DNA of 32,000 nucleotides from Gemmata obscuriglobus. GTDB taxonomy: Bacteria; Planctomycetota; Planctomycetia; Gemmatales; Gemmataceae. The stretch lies in the NCBI RefSeq assembly GCF_008065095.1, contig NZ_CP042911.1, positions 5,220,001 through 5,252,000 on the forward strand, read 5' to 3'. Positions 1-7,405 of this stretch are shown here, in pieces. Position 1 is the first letter of the stretch, and the number at the start of each line of letters is the position of its first letter. A model generated the notes under the pieces. It had not been told where the DNA came from. It was given only the letters and a program-made list of their open reading frames with translations, and ran no database searches. Made by a program: the position numbers and the translations under genes.

Positions 1-156
1 CGTGTCCCGAGGCACCGCCAGCCGCGCCCAACCGCACCTCGCGGCGACGAGCCGCGCCCACCCCGACCGGCACCACGCGGAGCCCGACGCGCCGGCGTCA
101 CCTTCGCGGATCACACGCCCACCGCCGCCGCACGCGCGATCGAGCGCCTCGGGGTT
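1..156 (-). repeat. ORF-less cassette family U, partial copy cut by the window edge
   Basis: Aligns by eye with the attC-distal part of units 2051-2385 and 7850-8185. Contains the hairpin motif CGCGGCGACGAGCCGCG at 40-56 and the conserved tail ...CACGCGCGATCGAGCGCCTCGGGGTT abutting the core at 157. Confidence 0.7.
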
Positions 157-247
157 GCCGAACAAACAGCTCACCTGCACCGCCATCACCGGATGAGCGA
201 TGCGCCTCAAATCAGATGGCGGTGTCAGGTGCAGCGCCGGGTTCGGC
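157..247 (-). repeat. attC-like structured inverted repeat (copy 1)
   Basis: GCCGAAC(157-163)-AAACA-GCT-CACCTG-CACCGCC / loop ATCACCGGATGAGCGATGCG... / GGCGGTG-T-CAGGTG-C-AGC-GCCGG-GTTCGGC(241-247). Read directly. Confidence 0.7.
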
Positions 248-254
248 CTTGAGC

Positions 255-410
255 CTAGTCCTTGCCAAGCACCAAGTCCACCACTCGAAAGCCCCGGACG
301 TGCGGACCGGAGCTGCGGCAGTGACCGAGCAACTGCTCGTCCTCGCACCCGACGTCTTGGAGCGCGTCGGCCAGGACCGGCATCGCGGAGAACTCCCGCG
401 ACACATCCAT
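255..410 (-). CDS. 51-aa ORF encoding a conserved C-terminal-type module (...LADALQDVGC...HCR..GPHVRGFRVVDLVLGKD); possibly the severed 3' part of the upstream cassette gene
   Basis: ATG 410-408, TAG 257-255. Translation is MDVSREFSAMPVLADALQDVGCEDEQLLGHCRSSGPHVRGFRVVDLVLGKD. I recognise this motif as recurrent in planctomycete/myxobacterial proteins but do not recall the family name. It is in the same frame as the upstream ORF tail (444-485), separated only by TGA 441-443. Confidence 0.45.
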   Translation of the reverse strand: MDVSREFSAMPVLADALQDVGCEDEQLLGHCRSSGPHVRGFRVVDLVLGKD

Positions 411-490
411 CTGACGGGCCAGCGCCAGAGCCGTGCCCGATCACCATCGCTCGGAGAAACTCACCGCCACCTTCTCAAGGAAGACTTCGA

Positions 491-1558
491 TAGGACTTAC
501 GTAGTTGACTTTTGGGTAAGTAGGTATGTAGGTGCGGCGAGGTAGGTTCGCACCGCTTCGCGCACGATGGCCGTCTTGGCCGCGAACCAACTGACGCCGG
601 ACTTGAGCCGGTGCCACTCGAGCCGCAGGAACGCGCGGATCGCGAGCCCGATGTGGACCGCTTGGGCCCGGCTCATGCGCACCTGGCACCGGTCCACGTG
701 GCAATGCTGCTTGAGGCCCCGGTGATACTCCTCGATGCCCCACGCGTGCCCGGCCAGAACCGCACGAGTGGCCTCGTCCATGTCGAGGTCGTTGGTGATC
801 CAATGCTCCGTGCCCCCATCACCGGTGGCGATCCGGAACGCCTTCACCAATCCGAACCCCTCCAGGTGCACCACCGTACCGGCGGCCCCGATCGGGCACC
901 CCTCGATGGCCCGATTGCCCGTGCGATCCGGGTTCACCCGCCGGTTGCTCCGCACCCGGGTCAGGAAGTGCCACCCCAGGGCCCGCACCGCCTTCAGGTT
1001 GTCCTTGCCCGAGTACCAGGTGTCGAACAGTACCACCCGGGGCGACAGGTCCCGTCCCTTGGCGACCGCCAGCATGGCTCGGAAGTGGTCGTTCTTGGTC
1101 TCGGCTCGGGCCGGGTCGGCGAGCCGGTAATCACACGGTACCAGGGCGGCCCCGTCGGTCCACAGCAGGGTCACCAGCCCGATCCCGCTCACCACCCGGC
1201 GGTGCCGCCCGGACCAGCACCGGCGCACCAGCCCCATGTGCCGGGCGAACGGCTTGTCCAGCACCGAGTCGTCGAGCACCACGGCACCGCCCGGGCGGAC
1301 CGACGACCGGGCTTCGTCCCACAACGCCGCTGGGTCCGGTTCCAGCCGGTGCAGCAGTCGGGTGAACGCATCATGCGCGGGCGCCGTCGGATGGTCCGGT
1401 TGGGCTCGCGCGGCTTCCGCGGCCGACGCCACCTTGGGGGTGGCGATCAGGAATTGGATGTAGTCCTCGGCGCTCGCACGTGGTGCGTTCATGGCCCGAT
1501 CATAGACCAACAACACACCATGCGCAAATCCTGCGCCAGCGCAACTGCGTAAGTCCTA
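491..1558 (-). mobile_element. IS701-like (IS4-superfamily) insertion sequence with 5-bp target duplication
   Basis: Terminal inverted repeats TAGGACTTACGTAGTTG (491-507) and CAACTGCGTAAGTCCTA (1542-1558) match 16/17. Direct repeat TTCGA lies at 486-490 and 1559-1563. A single transposase ORF fills the element. Confidence 0.85.
497..1516 (-). CDS. DDE transposase, IS701-like
   Basis: 339-aa ORF. Motifs ...VLFDTWYSGKDNLKAVRALGWHFLTRVRSNRRV... and ...WGIEEYHRGLKQHCHVDRCQVR... are typical of IS701/IS4-type DDE transposases. Family assignment is from memory. Confidence 0.8.
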   Translation of the reverse strand: MLLVYDRAMNAPRASAEDYIQFLIATPKVASAAEAARAQPDHPTAPAHDAFTRLLHRLEPDPAALWDEARSSVRPGGAVVLDDSVLDKPFARHMGLVRRCWSGRHRRVVSGIGLVTLLWTDGAALVPCDYRLADPARAETKNDHFRAMLAVAKGRDLSPRVVLFDTWYSGKDNLKAVRALGWHFLTRVRSNRRVNPDRTGNRAIEGCPIGAAGTVVHLEGFGLVKAFRIATGDGGTEHWITNDLDMDEATRAVLAGHAWGIEEYHRGLKQHCHVDRCQVRMSRAQAVHIGLAIRAFLRLEWHRLKSGVSWFAAKTAIVREAVRTYLAAPTYLLTQKSTT

Positions 1559-1939
1559 TTCGATCTCCGTGTCGCTGTTGTTGCCCACGAACTCCCCGAA
1601 CACCCCGCCCAGGAACGACCAGCCCCCACGGTCCATCAGCACTGCGAGTTTGTCGAACGGGATGCGGACCAGCCACTCCGGTTGCTGCCCCTGGGCTACG
1701 AAGTACTCACGGGCGACAGTCACCAAGTCGTCGATGCTCCGAACTCCGGGGTCGCAAGAGTCGGCGAGGTCGCCTTCGGGTAACTCCTGCTCCTGCCACC
1801 CCCACACACCGGAGTCGGAGGCGAATGCGTCGTGGAGGCCGTCAACCTCGTCGGACCACACTTCCGGCACGTCATGTTCGCGGTAGCTGAAGACGAACTT
1901 GGCTCGCCGGCCCGCAGTGCGGTTCTTACCGTCTCCCAT
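1556..1939 (-). CDS. Cassette ORF, hypothetical 127 aa, 3' end displaced by the IS insertion
   Basis: ATG 1939-1937 is preceded by GGAGGGG, about 20 nt after the attC-like core. The stop TAG (1558-1556) is supplied by the IS terminus. Removing the IS and one TSD copy restores ...DTEIEVFLEKVAVSFSERW* using 441-485. Confidence 0.7.
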   Translation of the reverse strand: MGDGKNRTAGRRAKFVFSYREHDVPEVWSDEVDGLHDAFASDSGVWGWQEQELPEGDLADSCDPGVRSIDDLVTVAREYFVAQGQQPEWLVRIPFDKLAVLMDRGGWSFLGGVFGEFVGNNSDTEIE

Positions 1940-1959
1940 CCGCTGCGTCCCCTCCGGTG

Positions 1960-2050
1960 GCCGAACGAACAGCTCACCTGCACCGCCATCACCGGATGAG
2001 CGGTGCGTCCCAAGTCAGCGGGCGGTGTCAGGTGCAGCGCCGGGTTCGGC
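1960..2050 (-). repeat. attC-like structured inverted repeat (copy 2)
   Basis: Cores GCCGAAC 1960-1966 and GTTCGGC 2044-2050. Consensus arms with bulged T and C on the right arm. Loop class ATCACCGGATGAGCGG. Confidence 0.7.
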
Positions 2051-2385
2051 TCGCTCACGTCCGCGCCGCGCATCCGCGGAAGCCCGCCCACCGGTGCGGG
2101 CGGGCGGAGCACCACCGACCCGATGCGCCGTGTCGCGGCCCACCGGAGGCCACCCACTGCCACCCGCGGCGATGAGCCGCGCCCGGCACCCCCGGGCACC
2201 ACGCGGAGCCACCACCGACCCGCACCGCCGTGTCCCCACGCGCCGCCAGCCACGACCAACCGCACCTCGCGGCGATGAGCCGCGCCCGTCGCACTCGGGC
2301 ACCACGCGGAGCCCGACCCGCGGCGTTTACTCACGCGGACCACACGCCCACCACCGCCGCACGCGCGATCATGCACGCGGTGGTT
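2051..2385 (-). repeat. ORF-less cassette family U, copy U1
   Basis: 335 bp between attC-like sites. Two ~100-bp sub-repeats each carry CGCGGCGATGAGCCGCG (2165-2181, 2268-2284). Essentially identical to 2900-3234. Confidence 0.75.
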
Positions 2386-2475
2386 GCCGAACAACAAGCT
2401 CACCTGCACCGCCAGGATGAAGTGCGCATGACAACGGTGGCCGATGGCGGTGTCAGGTGCAGCGCCGGGTTCGGC
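2386..2475 (-). repeat. attC-like structured inverted repeat (copy 3)
   Basis: Cores at 2386-2392 and 2469-2475. Same arms, with a different loop class (AGGATGAAGTGCGCATGACAACGG...). Confidence 0.7.
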
Positions 2476-2808
2476 TCGCTCACGTCCGCGCCGCGCATCC
2501 GCGGATGCCCGCGCCACCGATGCGGCCACGCGGAGCACCGCCGACCCGGAGCACCGTGTCGCCGCACGTCGGAGGCCACCCACCACCCCCACTCGCGGCG
2601 ACGAGCCGCGCCGACCACCGACCGGTGTTGGCGGAGCGCCACCGACCCGAACCGCCGTGTCCCCACCCGCCGCCCGCCACGCCCAACCGCACCTCGCGGC
2701 GACGAGCCGCGCCCGCGCCCACCGGCACTCTGCGGAGCCCGACGCGCGGGGTTCACCCACGCGGACCACACGCACACCGCCGCACGGGCGCTCCAGCACG
2801 CGAGGGTG
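2476..2808 (-). repeat. ORF-less cassette family U, copy U2 (diverged)
   Basis: 333 bp with the same block order as U1, carrying substitutions and indels. Contains the perfect palindrome GCATCCGCGGATGC and two CGCGGCGACGAGCCGCG hairpins. Confidence 0.75.
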
Positions 2809-2899
2809 GCCGAACGAACAGCTCACCTGCACCGCCATCACCGGATGAGCGGTGCGTCCCAAGCCCGATGGCGGTGTCAGGTGCAGCGCCGGGTTCGGC
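2809..2899 (-). repeat. attC-like structured inverted repeat (copy 4)
   Basis: Cores at 2809-2815 and 2893-2899. Consensus arms. Confidence 0.7.
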
Positions 2900-3234
2900 T
2901 CGCTCACGTCCGCGCCGCGCATCCGCGGAAGCCCGCCCACCGGTGCGGGCGGGCGGAGCACCACCGACCCGATGCGCCGTGTCGCGGCCCACCGGAGGCC
3001 ACCCACTGCCACCCGCGGCGATGAGCCGCGCCCGGCACCCCCGGGCACCACGCGGAGCCACCACCGACCCGCACCGCCGTGTCCCCACGCGCCGCCAGCC
3101 ACGACCAACCGCACCTCGCGGCGATGAGCCGCGCCCGTCGCACTCGGGCACCACGCGGAGCCCGACCCGCGGCGTTTACTCACGCGGACCACACGCCCAC
3201 CACCGCCGCACGCGCGATCATGCACGCGGTGGTT
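2900..3234 (-). repeat. ORF-less cassette family U, copy U3 (duplicate of U1)
   Basis: Reads the same as 2051-2385 by eye. The ORF-track translations through the two copies are identical. Confidence 0.75.
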
Positions 3235-3325
3235 GCCGAACGAACAGCTCACCTGCACCGCCATCACCGGATGAGCGGTGCGTCACAAGTCAGCGGGCGG
3301 TGTCAGGTGCAGCGCCGGGTTCGGC
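3235..3325 (-). repeat. attC-like structured inverted repeat (copy 5)
   Basis: Cores at 3235-3241 and 3319-3325. Consensus arms. Confidence 0.7.
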
Positions 3326-3659
3326 TCGCTCACATCCGCGCCGCGCATCCGCGGATGCCCGCCCACCGGTGCGACCGGGCGGAGCACCACCGAACCACGG
3401 CGCCGTGTCCCGACACATCGGGGGCCACCCACCACCGCCACACGCGGCGATGAGCCGCGCCCGCAACCGATCGGTCTCAGCGGAGCACCACCGACCCGCA
3501 CCACCGTGTCCCCATCCGCACCCGGCCACAACCACCGCAAGCTCGCGGCGACGAGCCGCGCCAGCCCCAACCGGCACCACGCGAAGCCCGACGCGCGCGG
3601 TTCACCACCGCGGACCACACGCACACCGCCGCACGCGCGCCCTCATGCACGCGATGGTT
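3326..3659 (-). repeat. ORF-less cassette family U, copy U4 (diverged)
   Basis: 334 bp with the same block order and two hairpin motifs (about 3443 and 3543). Confidence 0.75.
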
Positions 3660-3750
3660 GCCGAACATAAAGCTCACCTGCACCGCCATCACCGGATGAG
3701 CGGTGCGTTCCAAGTCAGCGGGCGGTGTCAGGTGCAGCGCCGGGTTCGGC
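3660..3750 (-). repeat. attC-like structured inverted repeat (copy 6)
   Basis: Cores at 3660-3666 and 3744-3750. Consensus arms. Confidence 0.7.
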
Positions 3751-4179
3751 GTACCGTGTCGATCGGGCGCCCAGCCAGAAGCAAGCGGCAGCCCCGACCA
3801 CGGCGTCCGCCGTCACCCCACCCACCAGCAGCCAGGCGAGTGGTTTTACTTGCCCTCCCCGGAACACCACTAGGAGAAGGAAGCAGAGCACGCCTGTGGC
3901 GACCAGACCGCTGAACAGGTAGCCGAACAGATTGGCCGGCGCCCTGTCGGGTCGCCTCCACCGGTACAGCGACCAGACCAACCCGGCCGTTGCTCCGATC
4001 ACCGCCCCGCAGGGGGGGCCAAAGAGATAGAGAACAAGCCCGAGGGCATTGAAGCCCTCCCCGGGCTTGGGAGGGAACATCCGGGGCTGGATCAATTCGA
4101 CGAAGGCAACTGCACCGAGAAAAACGAGCACCGCACCAGCAACAGCCGCAGCCAGGGTCCAGCCGATGACACGAAGCAC
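3715..4179 (-). CDS. Cassette ORF: small 4-TM membrane protein (~154 aa)
   Basis: Proposed GTG start at 4179-4177, 6 nt after AAGGTG (alternative GTG at 4188). Four hydrophobic spans: WTLAAAVAGAVLVFLGAVAFV, ALGLVLYLFGPPCGAVIGATAGLVW, LFGYLFSGLVATGVLCFLLLVVF, LAWLLVGGVTADAVVGAAACFWL. The 3' end runs into the attC-like site. Confidence 0.55.
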   Translation of the reverse strand: MLRVIGWTLAAAVAGAVLVFLGAVAFVELIQPRMFPPKPGEGFNALGLVLYLFGPPCGAVIGATAGLVWSLYRWRRPDRAPANLFGYLFSGLVATGVLCFLLLVVFRGGQVKPLAWLLVGGVTADAVVGAAACFWLGARSTRYAEPGAAPDTAR

Positions 4180-4242
4180 CGCGTTCACCTTGGGTTGTCG
4201 GCCCGTACTAGAGCGGAGTGCTTTTGCACGAGAGCCTCTGTG

Positions 4243-4333
4243 GCCGAACAAAGAGCTCACCTGCACCGCCACCATCGGATGAGCGGTGCGTCCCAAGTCA
4301 GCCGGCGGTGTCAGGTGCAGCGCCGGGTTCGGC
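4243..4333 (-). repeat. attC-like structured inverted repeat (copy 7)
   Basis: Cores at 4243-4249 and 4327-4333. Consensus arms. Confidence 0.7.
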
Positions 4334-4340
4334 TCTGTCC

Positions 4341-4718
4341 TCAGCGCGGTCGGCGCATGACGACGAGAGTGCGTCCTCCGCTCGCGGTGTCCAAGCTCAC
4401 GACCAGTTGAGCGTAGGCCGGGGCGCCCTGCAGCCGTACTTCTTCGATCACTGTGCCGTCGTCGTCCTGTGCCCGACAGATCATCGACCCACCTGGCCCG
4501 AGACATGAACCGCCGGCAAGGGATTTGCGGTATGGTCCCGGCAATCGGGGCGGGGCCACGACCTCCCACCCATCGTATCCGGCCACGACGGCTTCCAGGG
4601 AGACGAACGGTCGCTCCTGTCGTGTGGCCGATTCCGCGTGCCGGCCCCAGGGTGACAGCCAATAACCGGCACACCCCGCACCGAGTAACACGACGACCAC
4701 AAGCCACCGCACCCGCAT
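4341..4718 (-). CDS. Cassette ORF: putative lipoprotein (125 aa)
   Basis: ATG 4718-4716 follows GGAAGGGGGA. N-terminus MRVRWLVVVVLLGAGCAG is a signal peptide with a lipobox-like LLGAGC. Stop lies 8 nt before the attC-like site. Confidence 0.65.
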   Translation of the reverse strand: MRVRWLVVVVLLGAGCAGYWLSPWGRHAESATRQERPFVSLEAVVAGYDGWEVVAPPRLPGPYRKSLAGGSCLGPGGSMICRAQDDDGTVIEEVRLQGAPAYAQLVVSLDTASGGRTLVVMRRPR

Positions 4719-4735
4719 CCGATCCCCCTTCCGGT

Positions 4736-4848
4736 GCCGAACGATGAAGCTCACCGGCCCGGCCGCGACACCCGTGTGCGGCAGAGACGCGCGGGGAGCA
4801 ACGGGAAACAAACTACATGGCCGGGTCCGGTGCAGCGCCGGGTTCGGC
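4736..4848 (-). repeat. attC-like structured inverted repeat (copy 8, covarying stem, long loop)
   Basis: GCCGAAC(4736-4742)-GATGAA-GCT-CACCGG-CCCGGCC / 55-nt loop / GGCCGGG-T-CCGGTG-C-AGC-GCCGG-GTTCGGC(4842-4848). Stem bases changed on both arms; bulged T and C retained. Confidence 0.7.
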
Positions 4849-4871
4849 GTGCCTTTGCTCCAGGCGGGCGG

Positions 4872-5249
4872 CTACATGACGTGGATGTCCTTGAGCCGCA
4901 CCACCTGCCCGCCCTGCACGCGGACCAGCCAGAACGTCGCGGTCAGGTCGGAAGCCACCCCGTCGATGTTGAGGTCGTACCAAATCTCGCCCACCGCGTC
5001 GGACCCGTCGGCCGCTTCCCAGCGGTCCACCACCCTGCGCTGGGGAAGCCCACGCGACTCGCCCGCGACGGTAGCGCGTCCGCCAGAGCCCTCGATCGCC
5101 CACCGCACGCGGTTCGGTGCCCAGCGCCCCTCGTCAGGAGGGATCAACTCGTTCGCGGCCTCGTAGTCGCCTTGCTCCAGAAGTCCCACCCAGCGATCGA
5201 CCAGCGCCACCAACTCAGCGTCGGTGGCGGCCTCTGGTAGTGGCGACAT
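4872..5249 (-). CDS. Cassette ORF: hypothetical protein (125 aa)
   Basis: ATG 5249-5247 lies 18 nt after the core of the upstream attC-like site; TAG at 4874-4872. Acidic soluble protein ending ...DLTATFWLVRVQGGQVVRLKDIHVM. No family recognised. Confidence 0.65.
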   Translation of the reverse strand: MSPLPEAATDAELVALVDRWVGLLEQGDYEAANELIPPDEGRWAPNRVRWAIEGSGGRATVAGESRGLPQRRVVDRWEAADGSDAVGEIWYDLNIDGVASDLTATFWLVRVQGGQVVRLKDIHVM

Positions 5250-5266
5250 GGATCAGCGCCTCGGGT

Positions 5267-5356
5267 GCCGAATGTGGAGCTCACCTGCTCGCGCGCCCTG
5301 GAGGGGGCGATCCCCGAGTTCTGCATGCGCGAGTCTGGTGCAGCGGAGGGTTCGGC
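5267..5356 (-). repeat. attC-like structured inverted repeat (copy 9, covarying stem; extra third arm at 5395-5413)
   Basis: GCCGAAT(5267-5273)-GTGGA-GCT-CACCTG-CTCGCGC / loop / GCGCGAG-T-CTGGTG-C-AGC-GGAGG-GTTCGGC(5350-5356). In addition, 5395-5413 GGTGAGCTCCACATTCGGC is the perfect reverse complement of 5267-5285. Confidence 0.65.
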
Positions 5357-5552
5357 CCCGCGCCCCACCACGCCGAACATGGGCTGCCCGTGAAGGTGAG
5401 CTCCACATTCGGCCCCGCTCATGCAGCCCGGCAGATGAGCTACACCGATCCGCTCGCGCCTCGGGGGTGGGCGCGGGTCGGGCCAGCCACTTGGGATGGG
5501 GGGCTGGCTACCCTATCGACATCGCGCCCACCCCCGTGGGTCTCGGCGCGGG

Positions 5553-5642
5553 GCCGAACAGAAAGCTCACCTGCACCGCCAGGATGGAGTGAGCGACACA
5601 ACGGCGGCTGATGGCGGTGTCAGGTGCAGCGCCGGGTTCGGC
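5553..5642 (-). repeat. attC-like structured inverted repeat (copy 10)
   Basis: Cores at 5553-5559 and 5636-5642. Consensus arms. Loop class AGGATGGAGTGAGCG.... Confidence 0.7.
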
Positions 5643-6002
5643 TCGCTCGCCTCCGCGGTTCCGGGCGACACGCCGAGCTTGGCGCATCCGCGGAACCCGC
5701 GGCACCGGTGCGGCCGAGCGGAGCCCCACCGACTCGAATCGCCGTGTCGCGGCCCACCGGTGGCCACCCATCACCGCACCTCGCGGCGACGAGCCGCGCC
5801 CGCCCTGACGCGCGCCACGCGGAGCACCACCGACCCGAACCGCCGTGTCCCCACCCGCACCCCGGCCACGCCCAACCACACCTCGCGGCGACGAGCCGCG
5901 CCCGCCCCGACCGGCACCACGCGGAGCCACCACCGACGCGTGGGCGTCACCTTCGCGGACCACACGCCCACCACCGCACGCGCGATCCAGAACGCGAAGG
6001 TG
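5643..6002 (-). repeat. ORF-less cassette family U, copy U5
   Basis: 360 bp, same block order, two CGCGGCGACGAGCCGCG hairpins. Confidence 0.75.
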
Positions 6003-6093
6003 GCCGAACATAAAGCTCACCTGCACCGCCCCCTCCCAGGGAGCGATGCGTCACAAACTCGCGGGCGGTGTCAGGTGCAGCGCCGGGTTCGGC
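6003..6093 (-). repeat. attC-like structured inverted repeat (copy 11)
   Basis: Cores at 6003-6009 and 6087-6093. Loop class CCCTCCCAGGGAGCGATGCG. Identical to copy 14. Confidence 0.7.
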
Positions 6094-6446
6094 TCGCTCC
6101 GCACCGCGGTTCCTGGCCACGGGCCGAGCGTCGCGCATCCGCGGAGCCCGTGCCACCGGTGCGGGCGTGCGGAGCACCACCGACTCGACGCACCGTGTCG
6201 CGGCCCACCGGAGGCCACCCACCACCGCACCTCGCGGCGATGAGCCGCGCCAGGCACCCACGGGCACCACGCGGAGCACCACCGACTCGAACCGCCGTGT
6301 CCCCACGCGCCCCCGGCCACGCCCACCCGCACTTCGCGGCGACGAGCCGCGCCAACCACCGACCGGCACCACGCGGAGCCACCACCGTCTGATGCCCCGC
6401 GGACCACACGCCCACCGCCGCCCGCGCGCTCCAGAACGCCCGGGTG
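6094..6446 (-). repeat. ORF-less cassette family U, copy U6 (identical to U8)
   Basis: 353 bp. Reads identical to 7406-7758, and the ORF-track translations are identical. Confidence 0.75.
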
Positions 6447-6538
6447 GCCGAACAATCAAGCTCACCTGCACCGCCATCACACGATGAGCGGTGCGCCCCG
6501 AATCAGCGGGCGGTGTCAGGTGCAGCGCCGGGTTCGGC
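6447..6538 (-). repeat. attC-like structured inverted repeat (copy 12)
   Basis: Cores at 6447-6453 and 6532-6538. 6-nt unpaired spacer AATCAA on the left arm. Confidence 0.7.
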
Positions 6539-6955
6539 GTCTGTGAGCCACCGCACTGCGAAGTGGTCGTAGTGCAGGGCCGCGAACCGCTCGCGGAGTT
6601 GGGCCGCGAGCCACCAGAACTTGGCCCGGCGGTCGGCGGTCAGACCCGGGTCGGACCACACAGATAGCCGGCGGGAGCACCCGGCGACCACCTCCGGCGG
6701 GGCCGGTAGGTCAGGGCCGGCGGCCAGTTCTGCGCTGTCGGCCAACACCTCCGCTCCCTCCTCCAACCACGCCACCACGGCCCAGGAGGTGAACCGCACC
6801 CGGAAACCGGTTGGGCTACGGGCTTCGGGTGCTAACTCGGCCTGGACCGACCGCCGACCGCACTGTCGGCCATCGAAGTACGCGACAGCCGCAGCCAGAG
6901 AGAAGTCACTCGACGCCGGCAAGTGCGCCAACATCTTCAGACGACCGTCGCTCAT
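6503..6955 (-). CDS. Cassette ORF: hypothetical protein (150 aa)
   Basis: ATG 6955-6953 (MSDGRLKMLAHL...) lies 15 nt after the core, with AGAGGG upstream. The track's longer N-terminus (MMAVQVSFMFG) is a translation of the attC loop. The C-terminal tail ...AEPGAAPDTAR is encoded by the downstream attC-like site. Confidence 0.6.
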   Translation of the reverse strand: MSDGRLKMLAHLPASSDFSLAAAVAYFDGRQCGRRSVQAELAPEARSPTGFRVRFTSWAVVAWLEEGAEVLADSAELAAGPDLPAPPEVVAGCSRRLSVWSDPGLTADRRAKFWWLAAQLRERFAALHYDHFAVRWLTDAEPGAAPDTAR

Positions 6956-6970
6956 CCGCGGCCCTCTGGT

Positions 6971-7061
6971 GCCGAACATAAAGCTCACCTGCACCGCCAT
7001 CATCGGATGAGCGGTGCGTCACAAACGAGCGGGCGGTGTCAGGTGCAGCGCCGGGTTCGGC
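6971..7061 (-). repeat. attC-like structured inverted repeat (copy 13)
   Basis: Cores at 6971-6977 and 7055-7061. Consensus arms. Confidence 0.7.
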
Positions 7062-7314
7062 TCGCATGACTCCGCGGTTCGGGGGCGCACGCCGAGCGTC
7101 GCGGCTCCGCGGAGCCCGGGCCACCGGTGCGGCCGAGCGGAGCACCACCGACCCGCATCACCGTGCTGCCGCACACCGGAGGACACGACCAACCGCACCT
7201 CGCGGCGATGAGCCGCGCCGGCCACCCACCGGCACCACGCGGAGCCCGACACCGGAGTTCGCCCACGCGGACCACACGCCTACCGCCGCACGCGCCCTCA
7301 TGCACGCGAGGGTT
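7062..7314 (-). repeat. ORF-less cassette family U, short copy U7 (one sub-repeat)
   Basis: 253 bp with only one CGCGGCGATGAGCCGCG hairpin (about 7200). Head and tail blocks are as in the other copies. Confidence 0.7.
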
Positions 7315-7405
7315 GCCGAACATAAAGCTCACCTGCACCGCCCCCTCCCAGGGAGCGATGCGTCACAAACTCGCGGGCGGTGTCAGGTGCAGCGCCGGGT
7401 TCGGC
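7315..7405 (-). repeat. attC-like structured inverted repeat (copy 14)
   Basis: Cores at 7315-7321 and 7399-7405. Identical to copy 11. Confidence 0.7.

Noticed and set aside
212-803. Track ORFs 212-406 (-), 216-545 (+) and 441-803 (-) around the IS junction.
   Set aside because: They are composites reading across the attC-like site or across the IS boundary. Only the last 14 codons of 441-803 are meaningful, as the displaced tail of the interrupted cassette gene.
2051-2385. G-quadruplex formation by the G-rich cassette strand of family U.
   Set aside because: Each sub-repeat has only about two runs of three or more Gs (GGGG...GGG), and the remainder are GG doublets. A canonical three-tetrad G4 is not supported from sequence alone. 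I kept it only as a testable idea.
1720-3914. Very long ORFs running through the repeat region (for example 1720-3267 minus, 515 aa; 2457-3914 plus, 485 aa; 7380-8642 plus, 420 aa).
   Set aside because: Their translations are Arg/Pro/Ala/Gly low-complexity. Several frames on both strands are open simultaneously, a GC effect. The same conserved DNA blocks fall in different frames in successive repeat units, so no protein sequence is conserved.
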